Positions 47,451-60,660 are shown, counted from the stretch's first letter. The stretch: 64,000 nt of DNA from Actinomycetes bacterium (GCA_029547745.1 JAKPOQ010000076.1:1627-65626), one strand, 5' to 3'. The notes: generated from the letters alone by a model not told the origin. Made by a program: numbers and translations.

Positions 47451-48344
47451 GTGGACGCGCACGGCCTGCTCGACGGGGTGCTGGACCTCTTCTTTCCGCG
47501 GCGCTGCGTCGTGTGCCGGGCGCCGGGCGCGTGGCTGTGCGCCGGCTGCGCCGCGCAGCTCGTCGAGCTGCCGGCGCGGCGTTGCCGGCGCTGCGGCGCG
47601 CCCGGCGCTGCCACGCCCTGCCGGGAATGCACCGGCCGCGAGCTTGCCTTCTCGAGTGCCGCGGCGGCGTTCGTCTACGACGGCCCCGCCCGGGCGCTCG
47701 TGACGGCCTGCAAGTTCCGCGCCTTGCGCTCGGTCGTCGTCGAGATGACGACTCTGGCGGCGCCGGCCTTCGCCGCGGCCTGCGGGGTCATGGCGCCGGC
47801 CGGCGGGCTCGCCGCGCCCGGCGTCGCGCCCCCGCCGGACGGAGCGGCTCGGGCCGGCGCCGCGCCTCCGCCGGAAGGCCCGGCGCCGGCCCGAGCCGCG
47901 CCCGCCGTCGACCTCGTCACGTGGGTCCCCGGTCACCGAGACCACAGTCTCGAGCGGGGCTTCAACCAGGCGGAGCTGTTGGGGCGCGGCCTGGCCCGCT
48001 CCGCGGGCCTTCCGGCCGCGCCCCTGCTCGTGCGCACACGTCACGGCTCACGCCAGAGCGGTCTCGACCGCGAGGCCCGCGCGGCAAACGTCGCCGGGGC
48101 GTTTGCGTTGGCGAAGGATGCGAGTAGGGTATTAATGAAGCTCAAGCGAGTGGTGATCGTTGACGACGTATACACCACAGGTGAGACGTTGAACCACTGC
48201 GCACGAGTGCTTGGACAGACTGGAACCGACCCTTTCGTCTTCACGTTCGCACGCACCGTCCGGGCCCATCGCCCACATCCGTCCAAGAACACCCCGGCGC
48301 CGCACGCGCCGTCGTCTGATGCGTCCTTCACACCGCGATCATGA
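47451..48344 (+). CDS. comFC: ComF-family phosphoribosyltransferase-domain protein
   Basis: N-terminal zinc-ribbon-like CVVCRAPGAWLCAGC...CRRCGAP...CRECTG. PRTase motif VVIVDDVYTTGETL. The comF-hpf-secA order is as in other Actinobacteria. Confidence 0.8.
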   Translation: MDAHGLLDGVLDLFFPRRCVVCRAPGAWLCAGCAAQLVELPARRCRRCGAPGAATPCRECTGRELAFSSAAAAFVYDGPARALVTACKFRALRSVVVEMTTLAAPAFAAACGVMAPAGGLAAPGVAPPPDGAARAGAAPPPEGPAPARAAPAVDLVTWVPGHRDHSLERGFNQAELLGRGLARSAGLPAAPLLVRTRHGSRQSGLDREARAANVAGAFALAKDASRVLMKLKRVVIVDDVYTTGETLNHCARVLGQTGTDPFVFTFARTVRAHRPHPSKNTPAPHAPSSDASFTPRS

Positions 48345-48351
48345 AGGAGCG

Positions 48352-48972
48352 ATGTCGATGAAGACCCAGATCAAGGGCCGCAACGTCACCGTGACCGACG
48401 CCCTGCGGGACTACGCGGAGGAGAAGGTCCTTCGCGTGCGCAAGCTCCTGCAGGACCGCAAGATCGACGAGGTGACGCGCGTAGAGCTTGAGCTGAAGGT
48501 CGAGAAGAACCCGAGTATCCCCGAGCCCTGTGTGTGCGAGGCCACGATCTTCACGCGCGGACCGGTGATCAGAGCCAAGGAGCGCGCGACCGACATGTAC
48601 GCGGCCATCGACCTGGCCACCGACAAGCTGTTGCGCCGTGTCAAGAAGTACCACGACAGGGTGCACGGCAAGAACCGCAAGTACCACGAGAAGCTGGCGG
48701 GTCCCGTCGCGCAGGCCGAAGAAGCCACGGCGGCGGCCGTGCCCGTCGGTGACGAGCTCGAAGCCGAGCTCGGGGCTGCGGGCGACAACGGGCGCGTCGT
48801 CAAGACGAAGCAGTTCGCCCTCAAGCCGATGTCGGTCGTCGAAGCGACCCTTCAACTGGAGCTGGTGGGCCACGACTTCTTCGTGTTCACGAACGCCGAG
48901 ACGAACCGCACGAACGTGGTGTACCGACGCAACGACGGCCACTACGGCCTCATCGAGCCGGCCGAGGGGTGA
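48352..48972 (+). CDS. hpf: ribosome hibernation-promoting factor (long HPF)
   Basis: MSMKTQIKGRNVTVTDALRDYAEEKV...ATDMYAAIDLATDKLLRRVKKYH...PMSVVEATLQLELVGHDFFVFTN. GAAGGAG Shine-Dalgarno upstream. Confidence 0.9.
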   Translation: MSMKTQIKGRNVTVTDALRDYAEEKVLRVRKLLQDRKIDEVTRVELELKVEKNPSIPEPCVCEATIFTRGPVIRAKERATDMYAAIDLATDKLLRRVKKYHDRVHGKNRKYHEKLAGPVAQAEEATAAAVPVGDELEAELGAAGDNGRVVKTKQFALKPMSVVEATLQLELVGHDFFVFTNAETNRTNVVYRRNDGHYGLIEPAEG

Positions 48973-49143
48973 GCGGGAGAACGTGAAGGGCGGCGGGCCG
49001 GGCGTCGCTGTGGCGACGCCCGGCCCGCCGTGTGCGACAATGACCCAGGGATGTGCGGCGCCGCCCGCGGCGGCGCGCCCCCGACGTCCAGCGTATGAGG
49101 CGCGCGCCGCCCAGGGCGGCGCCGCGAGGAGAACCGTCACATC

Positions 49144-51822
<2,679 letters not shown>

Positions 51823-51849
51823 CCGGTCGCGGCGCGCCGGACGCGCGGG

Positions 51850-51855
51850 TATACT
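51850..51855 (+). promoter_or_regulatory. -10 box TATACT 9 nt upstream of the prfB ATG (near-leaderless geometry)
   Basis: gggTATACTcgcgcagcgATG. Confidence 0.3.
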
Positions 51856-51864
51856 CGCGCAGCG

Positions 51865-53029
51865 ATGACGACCTCAGCTCCAGACGCCCTCGTCCAGCTC
51901 GATGCCCTTCACGGACGCCTCAAGGAGGCCTCCGGCCGCCTGGGCTGGCTGCGGAGCTATCTTTGACCCTCCCAAGCTGACCGCCGACATCGCCGCGCTC
52001 GAGGAGCGCATGCAGGCCCCCGACTTCTGGGACGACCAGGAGGCGGCGGCCAAGACCTCCGCCGAGTACTCCCGCCTCAAGAAGCGCCTCGAGGAGTTCG
52101 AGGACCTCGAGGCCCGTCTTGCCGACCTCGAGACCACCGAGGAGCTCGTGCGCGAGGGGCTTGCCGCCGGCATGGTCGATGACGACCTGCTGCACGAGCT
52201 CGTCAGCGGCATCGACGCCCTTGAGGGTGAGCTCACGCGTGGCGAGGAGCGGCGCTTCTTCAGCGGCCGCTTCGACGAGGGCGGCGCCGTCCTGACCATC
52301 CATCCAGGGGCCGGCGGCACCGAGTCGCAAGACTGGGCCGAGATGCTCCTCCGCATGTACCTGCGCTGGTTCGAACGTCGCGGCTTCAAGGTCGAGATCA
52401 ACGAGGCCCAGGAGGGCGACGAAGCCGGCATCAAGAGCGCCACGGTCACCGTCGAGGGCGAGAACGCCTACGGGCTCCTGCAGTCCGAGAAGGGCGTCCA
52501 TCGCCTCGTCCGTCTGAGCCCCTTCGACTCGGCGAACCGGCGCCACACCAGCTTCGTCGGCGTCGAGGTGTCGCCGCTCGTGTCCGACGACGTCGAGGTC
52601 GAGATCGACGAGAAGGACCTGCGCATCGACACCTACCGCTCGAGCGGCGCCGGCGGCCAGCACGTCAACAAGACGAGTTCCGCCGTGCGCATCACGCACT
52701 TCCCGACCGGCATCGTCGTGAGCTGCCAGAACGAGCGCTCGCAGATCCAGAACCGTGCCGTGGCGATGCGTATCCTCAAGGGTCGCCTCCTCGAGCTCGA
52801 AGAGCGCAAGCGCGCCGAGGAGCTCGCCCGGGAGCGTGGGGAGCAGATGGCGGTCGACTTCGGGTCGCAGATCCGCAGCTACGTGCTCCACCCGTACCAG
52901 ATGGTCAAGGACCTGCGCACGAACTACGAGGTCGGTAACGCCCAGGCCGTCTTGGACGGCGACCTCGACGGCTTCGTGCACGCGTACCTGGCGTGGCGGG
53001 CCGGCGGAGCCCAGCCCGTCAAAAAGTAG
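51865..53029 (+). CDS. prfB: peptide chain release factor 2, requiring a programmed +1 frameshift (ORF0 51865-51963 joined to 51965-53029)
   Basis: ORF0 MTTSAPDALVQLDALHGRLKEASGRLGWLRSYL ends at tat CTT TGA c (51958-51967). The +1 frame continues DPPKLTADIAALEERMQAPDFWDD...SGAGGQHVNKTSSAVRITH (SPF/GGQ-type RF2). Confidence 0.9.
51952..51967 (+). promoter_or_regulatory. prfB +1 ribosomal frameshift site
   Basis: cGGAGctatCTTTGAc: an internal Shine-Dalgarno-like GGAG, then the CTT TGA C slippery/stop motif identical to the classical RF2 autoregulatory site. Confidence 0.85.
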
Positions 53030-53037
53030 GGCTGGGC

Positions 53038-53538
53038 ATGGCCGGCCCCATCCTTCACGGGGTGCAGGTCGTCCTGCGCCCGGTCGCCGACAGCGACGTC
53101 CCGGCGCTCGAGGCCATGTTGCGCGAGCCCGAGGTCGCGCGCTGGTGGATGCGCGACACTTGGGAGCGGGTAGACGAAGAGGGCAGCACCGTCTTCGCCA
53201 TCCTCGCCGACGGACAGGTCGCCGGTTGTATCGAGTACGCGGAAGAGGCCGACCTCGACTACCGCCATGCCGGCGTCGACCTGTTCGTCGGGGCCCGCTT
53301 CCAGGGACGCGGCATCGGCACCGACGCCCTGCGCACGCTCCTCATGTTCCTGACCGACGAGCGCGGCCATCACCGCGTCATTATCGACCCGGCGGTCGAG
53401 AACGAGCGCGCCATCCACGTGTACGAGAAAGTCGGCTTCCGCCGTGTCGGCGTCATGCGCCGGTACGAGCGTCACAGCGACGGCGAATGGCACGATGGCC
53501 TGCTCATGGAGCTGCTCGCCGAGGAGCTCGTGCGCTGA
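53038..53538 (+). CDS. GNAT-family N-acetyltransferase
   Basis: VVLRPVADSDVPALEAMLREPEVARWW...FQGRGIGTDALRTLLMFL...NERAIHVYEKVGFRRVG. Confidence 0.8.
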   Translation: MAGPILHGVQVVLRPVADSDVPALEAMLREPEVARWWMRDTWERVDEEGSTVFAILADGQVAGCIEYAEEADLDYRHAGVDLFVGARFQGRGIGTDALRTLLMFLTDERGHHRVIIDPAVENERAIHVYEKVGFRRVGVMRRYERHSDGEWHDGLLMELLAEELVR

Positions 53539-54533
53539 CGCCGTATCCCAAGATCGAGCTGCACGTGCACTTCGAGGCGACCGTGCGGGCGGAGCTGCTC
53601 CTCGAGCTCGGCAAGCGCAACGGCGTCGAGCTGCCTGCGGCGACGGTCGAGGGGCTGCATAGGTACTACGAGGTCGGGAGCTTCGAGCAGTTCATCTCCC
53701 GCTGGATCGCGACGAGCCGGGCGCTCTGCCGGGCCGACGACTTCCGCCGCGTCGTCGTCGACTACGCGAGGCGGGCGAAGGCCCAAGGTTGCGTCTACAT
53801 CGAGGGCATCTGCTCGCCGACCGAGCCCGTGCTCCGGGGATCGTCGTGGGAAGAGGTCTTCGAGGGCTACTGCGACGGCGCGGCCGAGGCGCGCGAGCGG
53901 CACGGCGTGGAGGTCCGCCTCACGCCGGACGTGACGCGCGACTTCCCGGCCGCGCTCGGCATCAGGCTCGCCCGACGGGCGGTCCGTTACCGCGAGCGCG
54001 GCGTGGTCGCGCTCAGCCTCGGCGGTTCCGAGAAGAAGCACGCCCCGCAGAAGTTCCGCAAGGCCTTCGCCATCGCCCGCGAGGGCGGACTCGGCTCGGC
54101 GCCGCACGCCGGGGAGTTCGCCGGCGGCAAGGCCGGGGCGGCCTCGGTCCGTGGAGCCCTCGACGTCTTGCACGCCGACCGGATCCGCCACGGCATCCGC
54201 GCCGTCGACGACCCGGCGCTGCTCGCCGAGCTTGCCGAGCGCGGCGTCGTCTGCGACGTGACGCCGGTGAGCAACCTGCGCACCGGCGCCGTCGCGTCGC
54301 TCGACGAGCATCCCCTGCCCGCCATGCTCGCCGCCGGGGTGAAGTGCTCGATCGGCTCGGACGACCCCGTGATCATGCGCACCGACCTCGCCGAGAACTG
54401 CGCCGCGGCCGTGAAGCTCGGGCACACGCCGAAGGCGATGTACTTCGACGCCCTCCACGGCGCGCTCTGCGACGATTCGACCAAGGCGAGGCTGCGCCGC
54501 ATCGGCGAGGAGTTCGACTGGGGGAGCGGCTGA
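53487..54533 (+). CDS. add: adenosine deaminase
   Basis: PKIELHVHFEATV...HAGEF...IRHGIRA...CPVSN...SIGSDDP. Start uncertain: ATG 53487 overlaps the GNAT 3' end, and the ORF-track frame is open much further upstream. Confidence 0.85.
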   Translation: MARWPAHGAARRGARALTPYPKIELHVHFEATVRAELLLELGKRNGVELPAATVEGLHRYYEVGSFEQFISRWIATSRALCRADDFRRVVVDYARRAKAQGCVYIEGICSPTEPVLRGSSWEEVFEGYCDGAAEARERHGVEVRLTPDVTRDFPAALGIRLARRAVRYRERGVVALSLGGSEKKHAPQKFRKAFAIAREGGLGSAPHAGEFAGGKAGAASVRGALDVLHADRIRHGIRAVDDPALLAELAERGVVCDVTPVSNLRTGAVASLDEHPLPAMLAAGVKCSIGSDDPVIMRTDLAENCAAAVKLGHTPKAMYFDALHGALCDDSTKARLRRIGEEFDWGSG

Positions 54534-54535
54534 AA

Positions 54536-54552
54536 GCGCGGCGGCGCCGCGC
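54536..54552 (+). terminator. GC hairpin 3 nt after the add stop
   Basis: gcgcggc-ggc-gccgcgc. Confidence 0.3.
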
Positions 54553-54988
54553 CCGACTGACAGTGTGCGGTCGGCAGCGGCATGTCGGTGGCGGTGGCAC
54601 CGGTGTAGCGTCGGCGGTCTCGGTTGTCGTTCTGCCGCGAAGCTGCTACTATCACTATCATCTCCAAGGGAGCCGGTTCAGTCAGGGCCGCGCGGCGGCC
54701 CGATTTCTCCCGAGACACTTCCCAGGACCCTGTGAGACACCGGACAGCGTTCTGAACGAAAGGAACGACGTCCGTACCCAGTCTGGCCGTCCTGAGGACG
54801 GCCTGCCTTCAGGCCAAGCCCTAGCCGATGAGCGTCTTCCGCGACGCGGGTCGGCGCCACGCAGGTCCGACGCAGCTCCGTCATCTCATCCCGACAGAGG
54901 CGATGGTGTGGCGCCGCCGCCCGCGTCGCCGCGGCAGTCGGCAGCAGCTCGTGACCGGTCCGGGGCGCCTGAGAAAGAGAGAGACCGA

Positions 54989-56569
<1,581 letters not shown>

Positions 56570-56705
56570 CACCCGCGCTGCGGCGCGGCGCCGCGGCCCG
56601 CCCCTTCGTCGCGGCCGCCGGCTCAGCGCCATCCCTTGACTCGCGGCGCCGCGGCCCGGCCGCCCGCTCCCTGCGTCGCCGCCGTCGCCGGCTCAGCGGG
56701 TTTGG

Positions 56706-56711
56706 TATACT
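56706..56711 (+). promoter_or_regulatory. -10 box TATACT 13 nt upstream of the mature tRNA-Val 5' end
   Basis: tttggTATACTgccggtcctgcgtGGGCGAC. Confidence 0.35.
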
Positions 56712-56724
56712 GCCGGTCCTGCGT

Positions 56725-56800
56725 GGGCGACTAGCTCAGTTGGGAGAGCGCCAGCTCGACAAGCTGGAGGTCGTTGGTTCAATTCCAACGTCGCCCACCA
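56725..56800 (+). tRNA. tRNA-Val (anticodon GAC), CCA encoded
   Basis: Cloverleaf folded by hand: acceptor GGGCGAC/GTCGCCC, D-arm GCTC-AGTTGGGA-GAGC, anticodon arm CCAGC-TCGACAA-GCTGG, T-arm GTTGG-TTCAATT-CCAAC, discriminator A plus CCA. Confidence 0.95.
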
Positions 56801-56817
56801 CGTCTCGTCTTCCGTTG

Positions 56818-57711
56818 TCAGCCGCCTAGAGCCGCACGCGTCGCTCGCACAAGGCCCGCGGTGGTCGCGCACGCCGCGTCCACCGTGGGGCTCTTCGCGA
56901 CCATGTCGATGAGGGCGCTGCCGATGATCACCCCGTCGCAGAGACGTCCCGCTTCCCTCGCCTGGCTCGGTGTGCCGATGCCGAAGCCGGCGACCAGCGG
57001 GAGCGTGGTGCGGGCGCGCAGTCGGGCGACGAGCTCGGGGAGCTCGTCGCCGCTCCGCGCCCGCATCCCCGTCACTCCTGTGACCGCCACACAGTAGATG
57101 AACCCGCGCGCCTTGCCGGCGATCAGCTCGAGACGCGCGTCGGTGCTCGGGGGGGCGGCGAGGAGGATGACGGCCACGCCGGCCTGTGCGGCCACGGCGA
57201 TCAGCGGGTCGGCTTCGTCGGCCGGCAGATCAGGGACGACGACGCCCGCCACTCCAGAGGCCGCGCAACAGGCGAAGAAACGCTCCGGCCCGTAGGCGAG
57301 CACTGTGTTGACGTAAGCGAGCAGGACGAAGGGCGCCCGGTCGCGGTGCGCGGCGGCGAGGCGGAGCACGTCGTCCGTCGTCACGCCCTGTGCAAGCGCC
57401 CGCTGGGCGGAGGCCTGGACCACCGGTCCGTCGGCGACGGGGTCGGAGTACGGGACGCCCAGCTCGACGATGTCGGCGCCGGCGTCGAGGAAGCTCGCGA
57501 TGAGTCGCGTGCAGTCCTCGGGCGACGGAAAGCCGCCGGTGATGTACGGCATGAGGACGCGGCGTCCTTCGGCGCGCGCCCGGTCGAAGACCGTAGATAG
57601 GCGCGCGCCGACGCTCGTCTGCCCGCCCGTCACGTTCTGGCCGTCGCTTTGCTGCCGGGGTCTCACCCCGTCGGATGTCGTGCCGCCCGGTCTCATCCCG
57701 TCGGGTGTCAT
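56818..57711 (-). CDS. trpA: tryptophan synthase alpha chain (with an about 37-aa repetitive N-terminal extension)
   Basis: [25 protein letters not shown]...[20 protein letters not shown]...[13 protein letters not shown] overlaps the trpB stop (ATGA). Confidence 0.9.
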   Translation of the reverse strand: MTPDGMRPGGTTSDGVRPRQQSDGQNVTGGQTSVGARLSTVFDRARAEGRRVLMPYITGGFPSPEDCTRLIASFLDAGADIVELGVPYSDPVADGPVVQASAQRALAQGVTTDDVLRLAAAHRDRAPFVLLAYVNTVLAYGPERFFACCAASGVAGVVVPDLPADEADPLIAVAAQAGVAVILLAAPPSTDARLELIAGKARGFIYCVAVTGVTGMRARSGDELPELVARLRARTTLPLVAGFGIGTPSQAREAGRLCDGVIIGSALIDMVAKSPTVDAACATTAGLVRATRAALGG

Positions 57712-58898
57712 CTCACTCCCTCCTTCGCGAGCAGGTCGGCGGCGATGTGCACGTCCTTGTCGCCCCGACCGGAGAGATTGACGAGGATGAGGTCGTCGCT
57801 GGCGAAGCCGGCGCCGCCTTCGCCGCCGCGCAGGACGTAGGCGATGGCGTGGGCGCTCTCGAGGGCCGGGATGATGCCCTCGAGCTCGGCGAGGCGGCGA
57901 AAGGCGGCGAGCGCCTCGCTGTCGGTGGCGCCCACGTACGTCGCTCTGCCGCTGTCCTTGAGCAGGGCATGTTCGGGCCCGACCCCCGGGTAGTCGAGGC
58001 CGGCGGAGACCGAGTGCGCTTCGGTCACCTGTCCCCAGGCGTCCTGGAGGAGGTACGAGAACGAGCCGTGGAGCACGCCCGTGCTGCCGCGGTTGAGCGG
58101 CGCCCCATGACGGCCGCTGTCAAGCCCCTCCCCGGCGGCCTCGACGCCGGTCAGGCGCACCGGGTCGTCGCGGAAGGCGTGGAAGATGCCCATGGCGTTC
58201 GAGCCGCCGCCGACGCAGGCGACGATCTCGGATGGGAGACGCCCGAAACGTTCCAGGACCTGGGTGCGGGCCTCGCGGCCGATGACCGCCTGCAGGTCGC
58301 GGACGAGGACGGGGAAGGGCGCGGGACCCGCTGTCGAGCCGATGAGGTAGTGCGTCCCGCGCACGTTGGCGACCCAGTCGCGCAGGGCCTCGTTCATCGC
58401 GTCCTTGAGGGTGCACGACCCGGACTTGACCGTGCGCACTTCGGCGCCGAGCAGGCGCATGCGGACGACGTTGAGCTCCTGGCGCACGACGTCCTCGGCG
58501 CCCATGTAGACGACGCAGTCCAGTCCCAGCAGGGCGCAGGCCGTCGCCGTGGCGACGCCATGCTGGCCGGCGCCCGTCTCGGCGATCACCCGGTGCTTGC
58601 CCATGCGCCGGGCGAGGAGCGCCTGGCCGAGGGCGTTGTTGATCTTGTGGGCGCCGGTATGGCAGAGGTCCTCGCGTTTGAGGAGGACGGTCGCGCCCAC
58701 CGCGGCGCTGAGGCGGTCGGCGTGGTACAGGGGCGTCGGGCGCCCGGCGTAGTCGGCGAGGAGGCGCGCGAGCTCGGCCTGGAAGGCCGCGTCCTCGCGC
58801 GCCTCCTCCCATGCGATCGTGAGCTCGTCGAGCGCCGGGACGAGCGTCTCGGGGACGTATCGGCCGCCGTATCTGCCGAAGCGGGTCTCGACGGTCAC
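57708..58898 (-). CDS. trpB: tryptophan synthase beta chain
   Basis: [19 protein letters not shown]...HTGAHKINN...GGGSNAMG...[11 protein letters not shown] at 58898 has AAGGAG 10 nt upstream. The ORF-track start at 58973 is the same frame read through the duplicated leader. Confidence 0.92.
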   Translation of the reverse strand: MTVETRFGRYGGRYVPETLVPALDELTIAWEEAREDAAFQAELARLLADYAGRPTPLYHADRLSAAVGATVLLKREDLCHTGAHKINNALGQALLARRMGKHRVIAETGAGQHGVATATACALLGLDCVVYMGAEDVVRQELNVVRMRLLGAEVRTVKSGSCTLKDAMNEALRDWVANVRGTHYLIGSTAGPAPFPVLVRDLQAVIGREARTQVLERFGRLPSEIVACVGGGSNAMGIFHAFRDDPVRLTGVEAAGEGLDSGRHGAPLNRGSTGVLHGSFSYLLQDAWGQVTEAHSVSAGLDYPGVGPEHALLKDSGRATYVGATDSEALAAFRRLAELEGIIPALESAHAIAYVLRGGEGGAGFASDDLILVNLSGRGDKDVHIAADLLAKEGVR

Positions 58899-59003
58899 GG
58901 CTGATCCACTCCTTCGCGCACAGAACGCACGCCGCCGGTCATGGCTCCACTCCTTCGCTTGTGAAGCGCTCATCGATGGTCATGGGTGGTTCACTCCTTC
59001 GAT
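58895..59003 (-). repeat. triplicated trpB translation-initiation region creating two coupled mini-ORFs
   Basis: Three copies of cgAAGGAGtg(a/g), then 7-10 nt, then (A/G)TGACC at about 39-44 bp spacing. Mini-ORF1 58983-58939 ([14 protein letters not shown]). Mini-ORF2 58942-58895 ([15 protein letters not shown]). Each stop overlaps the next start (ATGA, GTGA). Confidence 0.8.
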
Positions 59004-59023
59004 CACGGGATGCAGGCCGGCGG

Positions 59024-59746
59024 TCACAGATGCGATCCTCCGCTCGAGGGCCTGAGCGCCTCGTCCTGCGGACGGCAGTGTCGGTCGGCCTGGGCGGCGG
59101 CGGCGAAGAAGGCCCGCATCAGGCCGGGGTCCTTGACGCCCGCCCGCTGCTCCAGGCCGCTCGCGGCGTCGACGACGCGCGGCCGTACGAGGCGGATCGC
59201 CTCGCCGACGTTCGCCGGCGTCAGGCCGCCGGCGAGCACGAGCCGGTGACGGTCGAAGCCGGGGTCGTGCGCGAGCCGCGCCCAGTCGAGTGGGACGCCG
59301 GTGCCGCCCCATGTGCTGCAGCCGCGGCTGTCACGGAGGACGTAGTCGGCAGCCTCGGCGTCCGCGGTGTCGGCGGCGGCGATGATCATCACGTCGCGCC
59401 TTCTCACTGCGAACAGGCTGTCACGGACAGCGCCGACGGCGGCGCCCCTGCGCCCCGCGGAGAGCTGCACGGCGTCCGCGTGGGTGACGAGTACGGCGCG
59501 GGTGATGACGTCCGCAGACTCGGTCGTGAACACGAGGACGGTGAGTGTCGGATGGCTCGCGGCGGCGGCTCGGTGCGCGAAGCGCACGAGCGCCGCCGCC
59601 GCGTCGGCATCGACCTGTCGCGGACTGTCGGCGAGGACGAAGCCGACAGCCCAGGCGCCGAGCTCGACCGCGAGAGCGACGTCCTTGGGCCGCGTCAGGC
59701 CGCAGACCTTGACGAGGGTCGTGGTCTCGTCGTCGGCCACGATCAT
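59024..59746 (-). CDS. trpF: N-(5'-phosphoribosyl)anthranilate isomerase
   Basis: LVKVCGLTRPKDVALAVELGAWAVGFVLADSPRQV...GGTGVPLDW...LAGGLTPANVGEAI...VDAASGLE. Confidence 0.88.
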   Translation of the reverse strand: MIVADDETTTLVKVCGLTRPKDVALAVELGAWAVGFVLADSPRQVDADAAAALVRFAHRAAAASHPTLTVLVFTTESADVITRAVLVTHADAVQLSAGRRGAAVGAVRDSLFAVRRRDVMIIAAADTADAEAADYVLRDSRGCSTWGGTGVPLDWARLAHDPGFDRHRLVLAGGLTPANVGEAIRLVRPRVVDAASGLEQRAGVKDPGLMRAFFAAAAQADRHCRPQDEALRPSSGGSHL

Positions 59747-60660
59747 CGTGTTCCCCCTGCGGCCGGCGCGGCCGGCGCAATGCTCCTCATCGCGGCGATG
59801 AGACCGGGCAGACCGGTGGCCGGACAGCGCACGAACGCCTCGCCGACGAGGACGGCATGCGCGCCTGCCGTCGCGACCCTGCGCGCGTCGGCTGCGCCGG
59901 CGATGCCGCTCTCGCTGACGACGATCGTCCCTTGCGGCGCGAGTGGCGCGAGGCGCTCCGTCGTCGCGAGGTCCACGGTGAGGCTCCGCAGGTCGCGGTT
60001 GTTCACCCCGATGAGGGACGCACCGGCCGTGACGGCGCGCCGCAGGTCGCTCTCCTCATGGACTTCGACGAGGGCGTCGAGGCTCACGCTGTGGCACTCG
60101 TCCAGCAGACGGTGGAGCTCGCCGTCGTCCAAGGCAGCGGCGATGAGCAGGATGGCGGCGGCTCCGGTCGCCGCCGACTCCCAGACTTGGTAGCGATTGA
60201 CGATGAAGTCTTTGCGCAGCACGGGGATGTCGACGGCGGCCGTGACCGCCTCGAGATCGGCGAGCGAGCCCGCGAAGCGCGACGGCTCGGTGAGCACCGA
60301 GACGGCATGCGCGCCGGCGGCCCCATAGGCGCGCGCCTGCGCGGCCGCGTCGAGCGTGGGCGCGATCGCCCCCTTGGACGGCGACGCCCGCTTGACCTCG
60401 GCGATGACGCCGAGCCCCTCGCGGCGGGCGGCGGCGAGGGCGGCGCGCAGACGGCCGCCCGGCGCGCCGGGCGACGGCCGCGTGAGCGGCCGCTCGCGGC
60501 GCGCCTCCGCGGCTCGCCGGCGCGCCGCCGCGACCATCGCGGCAAGGAAGTCTCCCTCGGGCTTGGGCGGGCTCTCCGGCGGCGGGCTCTCCGACGCCGC
60601 GGGCATCGCCGGCGGGCGGGGCTCCGACTCTGCGTTCGACCGTCGGCCCAAAGGCGTCAC
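59743..60660 (-). CDS. trpC: indole-3-glycerol phosphate synthase
   Basis: VIAEVKRASPSKGAIAP...VSVLTEPSRFAGS...LRKDFIV..YQV...IGVNNRDL. Confidence 0.92.
   Translation of the reverse strand: MTPLGRRSNAESEPRPPAMPAASESPPPESPPKPEGDFLAAMVAAARRRAAEARRERPLTRPSPGAPGGRLRAALAAARREGLGVIAEVKRASPSKGAIAPTLDAAAQARAYGAAGAHAVSVLTEPSRFAGSLADLEAVTAAVDIPVLRKDFIVNRYQVWESAATGAAAILLIAAALDDGELHRLLDECHSVSLDALVEVHEESDLRRAVTAGASLIGVNNRDLRSLTVDLATTERLAPLAPQGTIVVSESGIAGAADARRVATAGAHAVLVGEAFVRCPATGLPGLIAAMRSIAPAAPAAGGTR

Noticed and set aside
47770-47900. Pro/Ala-rich segment in ComF (PAGGLAAPGVAPPPDGAARAGAAPPPEGPAPARAAPA) as a functional domain or a separate feature
   Set aside because: This is a low-complexity linker between the zinc-ribbon and PRTase domains with only loose internal repetition. 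Such linkers are common in high-GC genomes, so it is not treated as noteworthy on its own.
58895-58983. The mini-ORFs upstream of trpB as a Trp-codon attenuator leader
   Set aside because: Neither peptide ([29 protein letters not shown]) contains Trp. They lie inside the operon between trpF and trpB rather than at its 5' end. They are better explained as duplicated trpB initiation regions.
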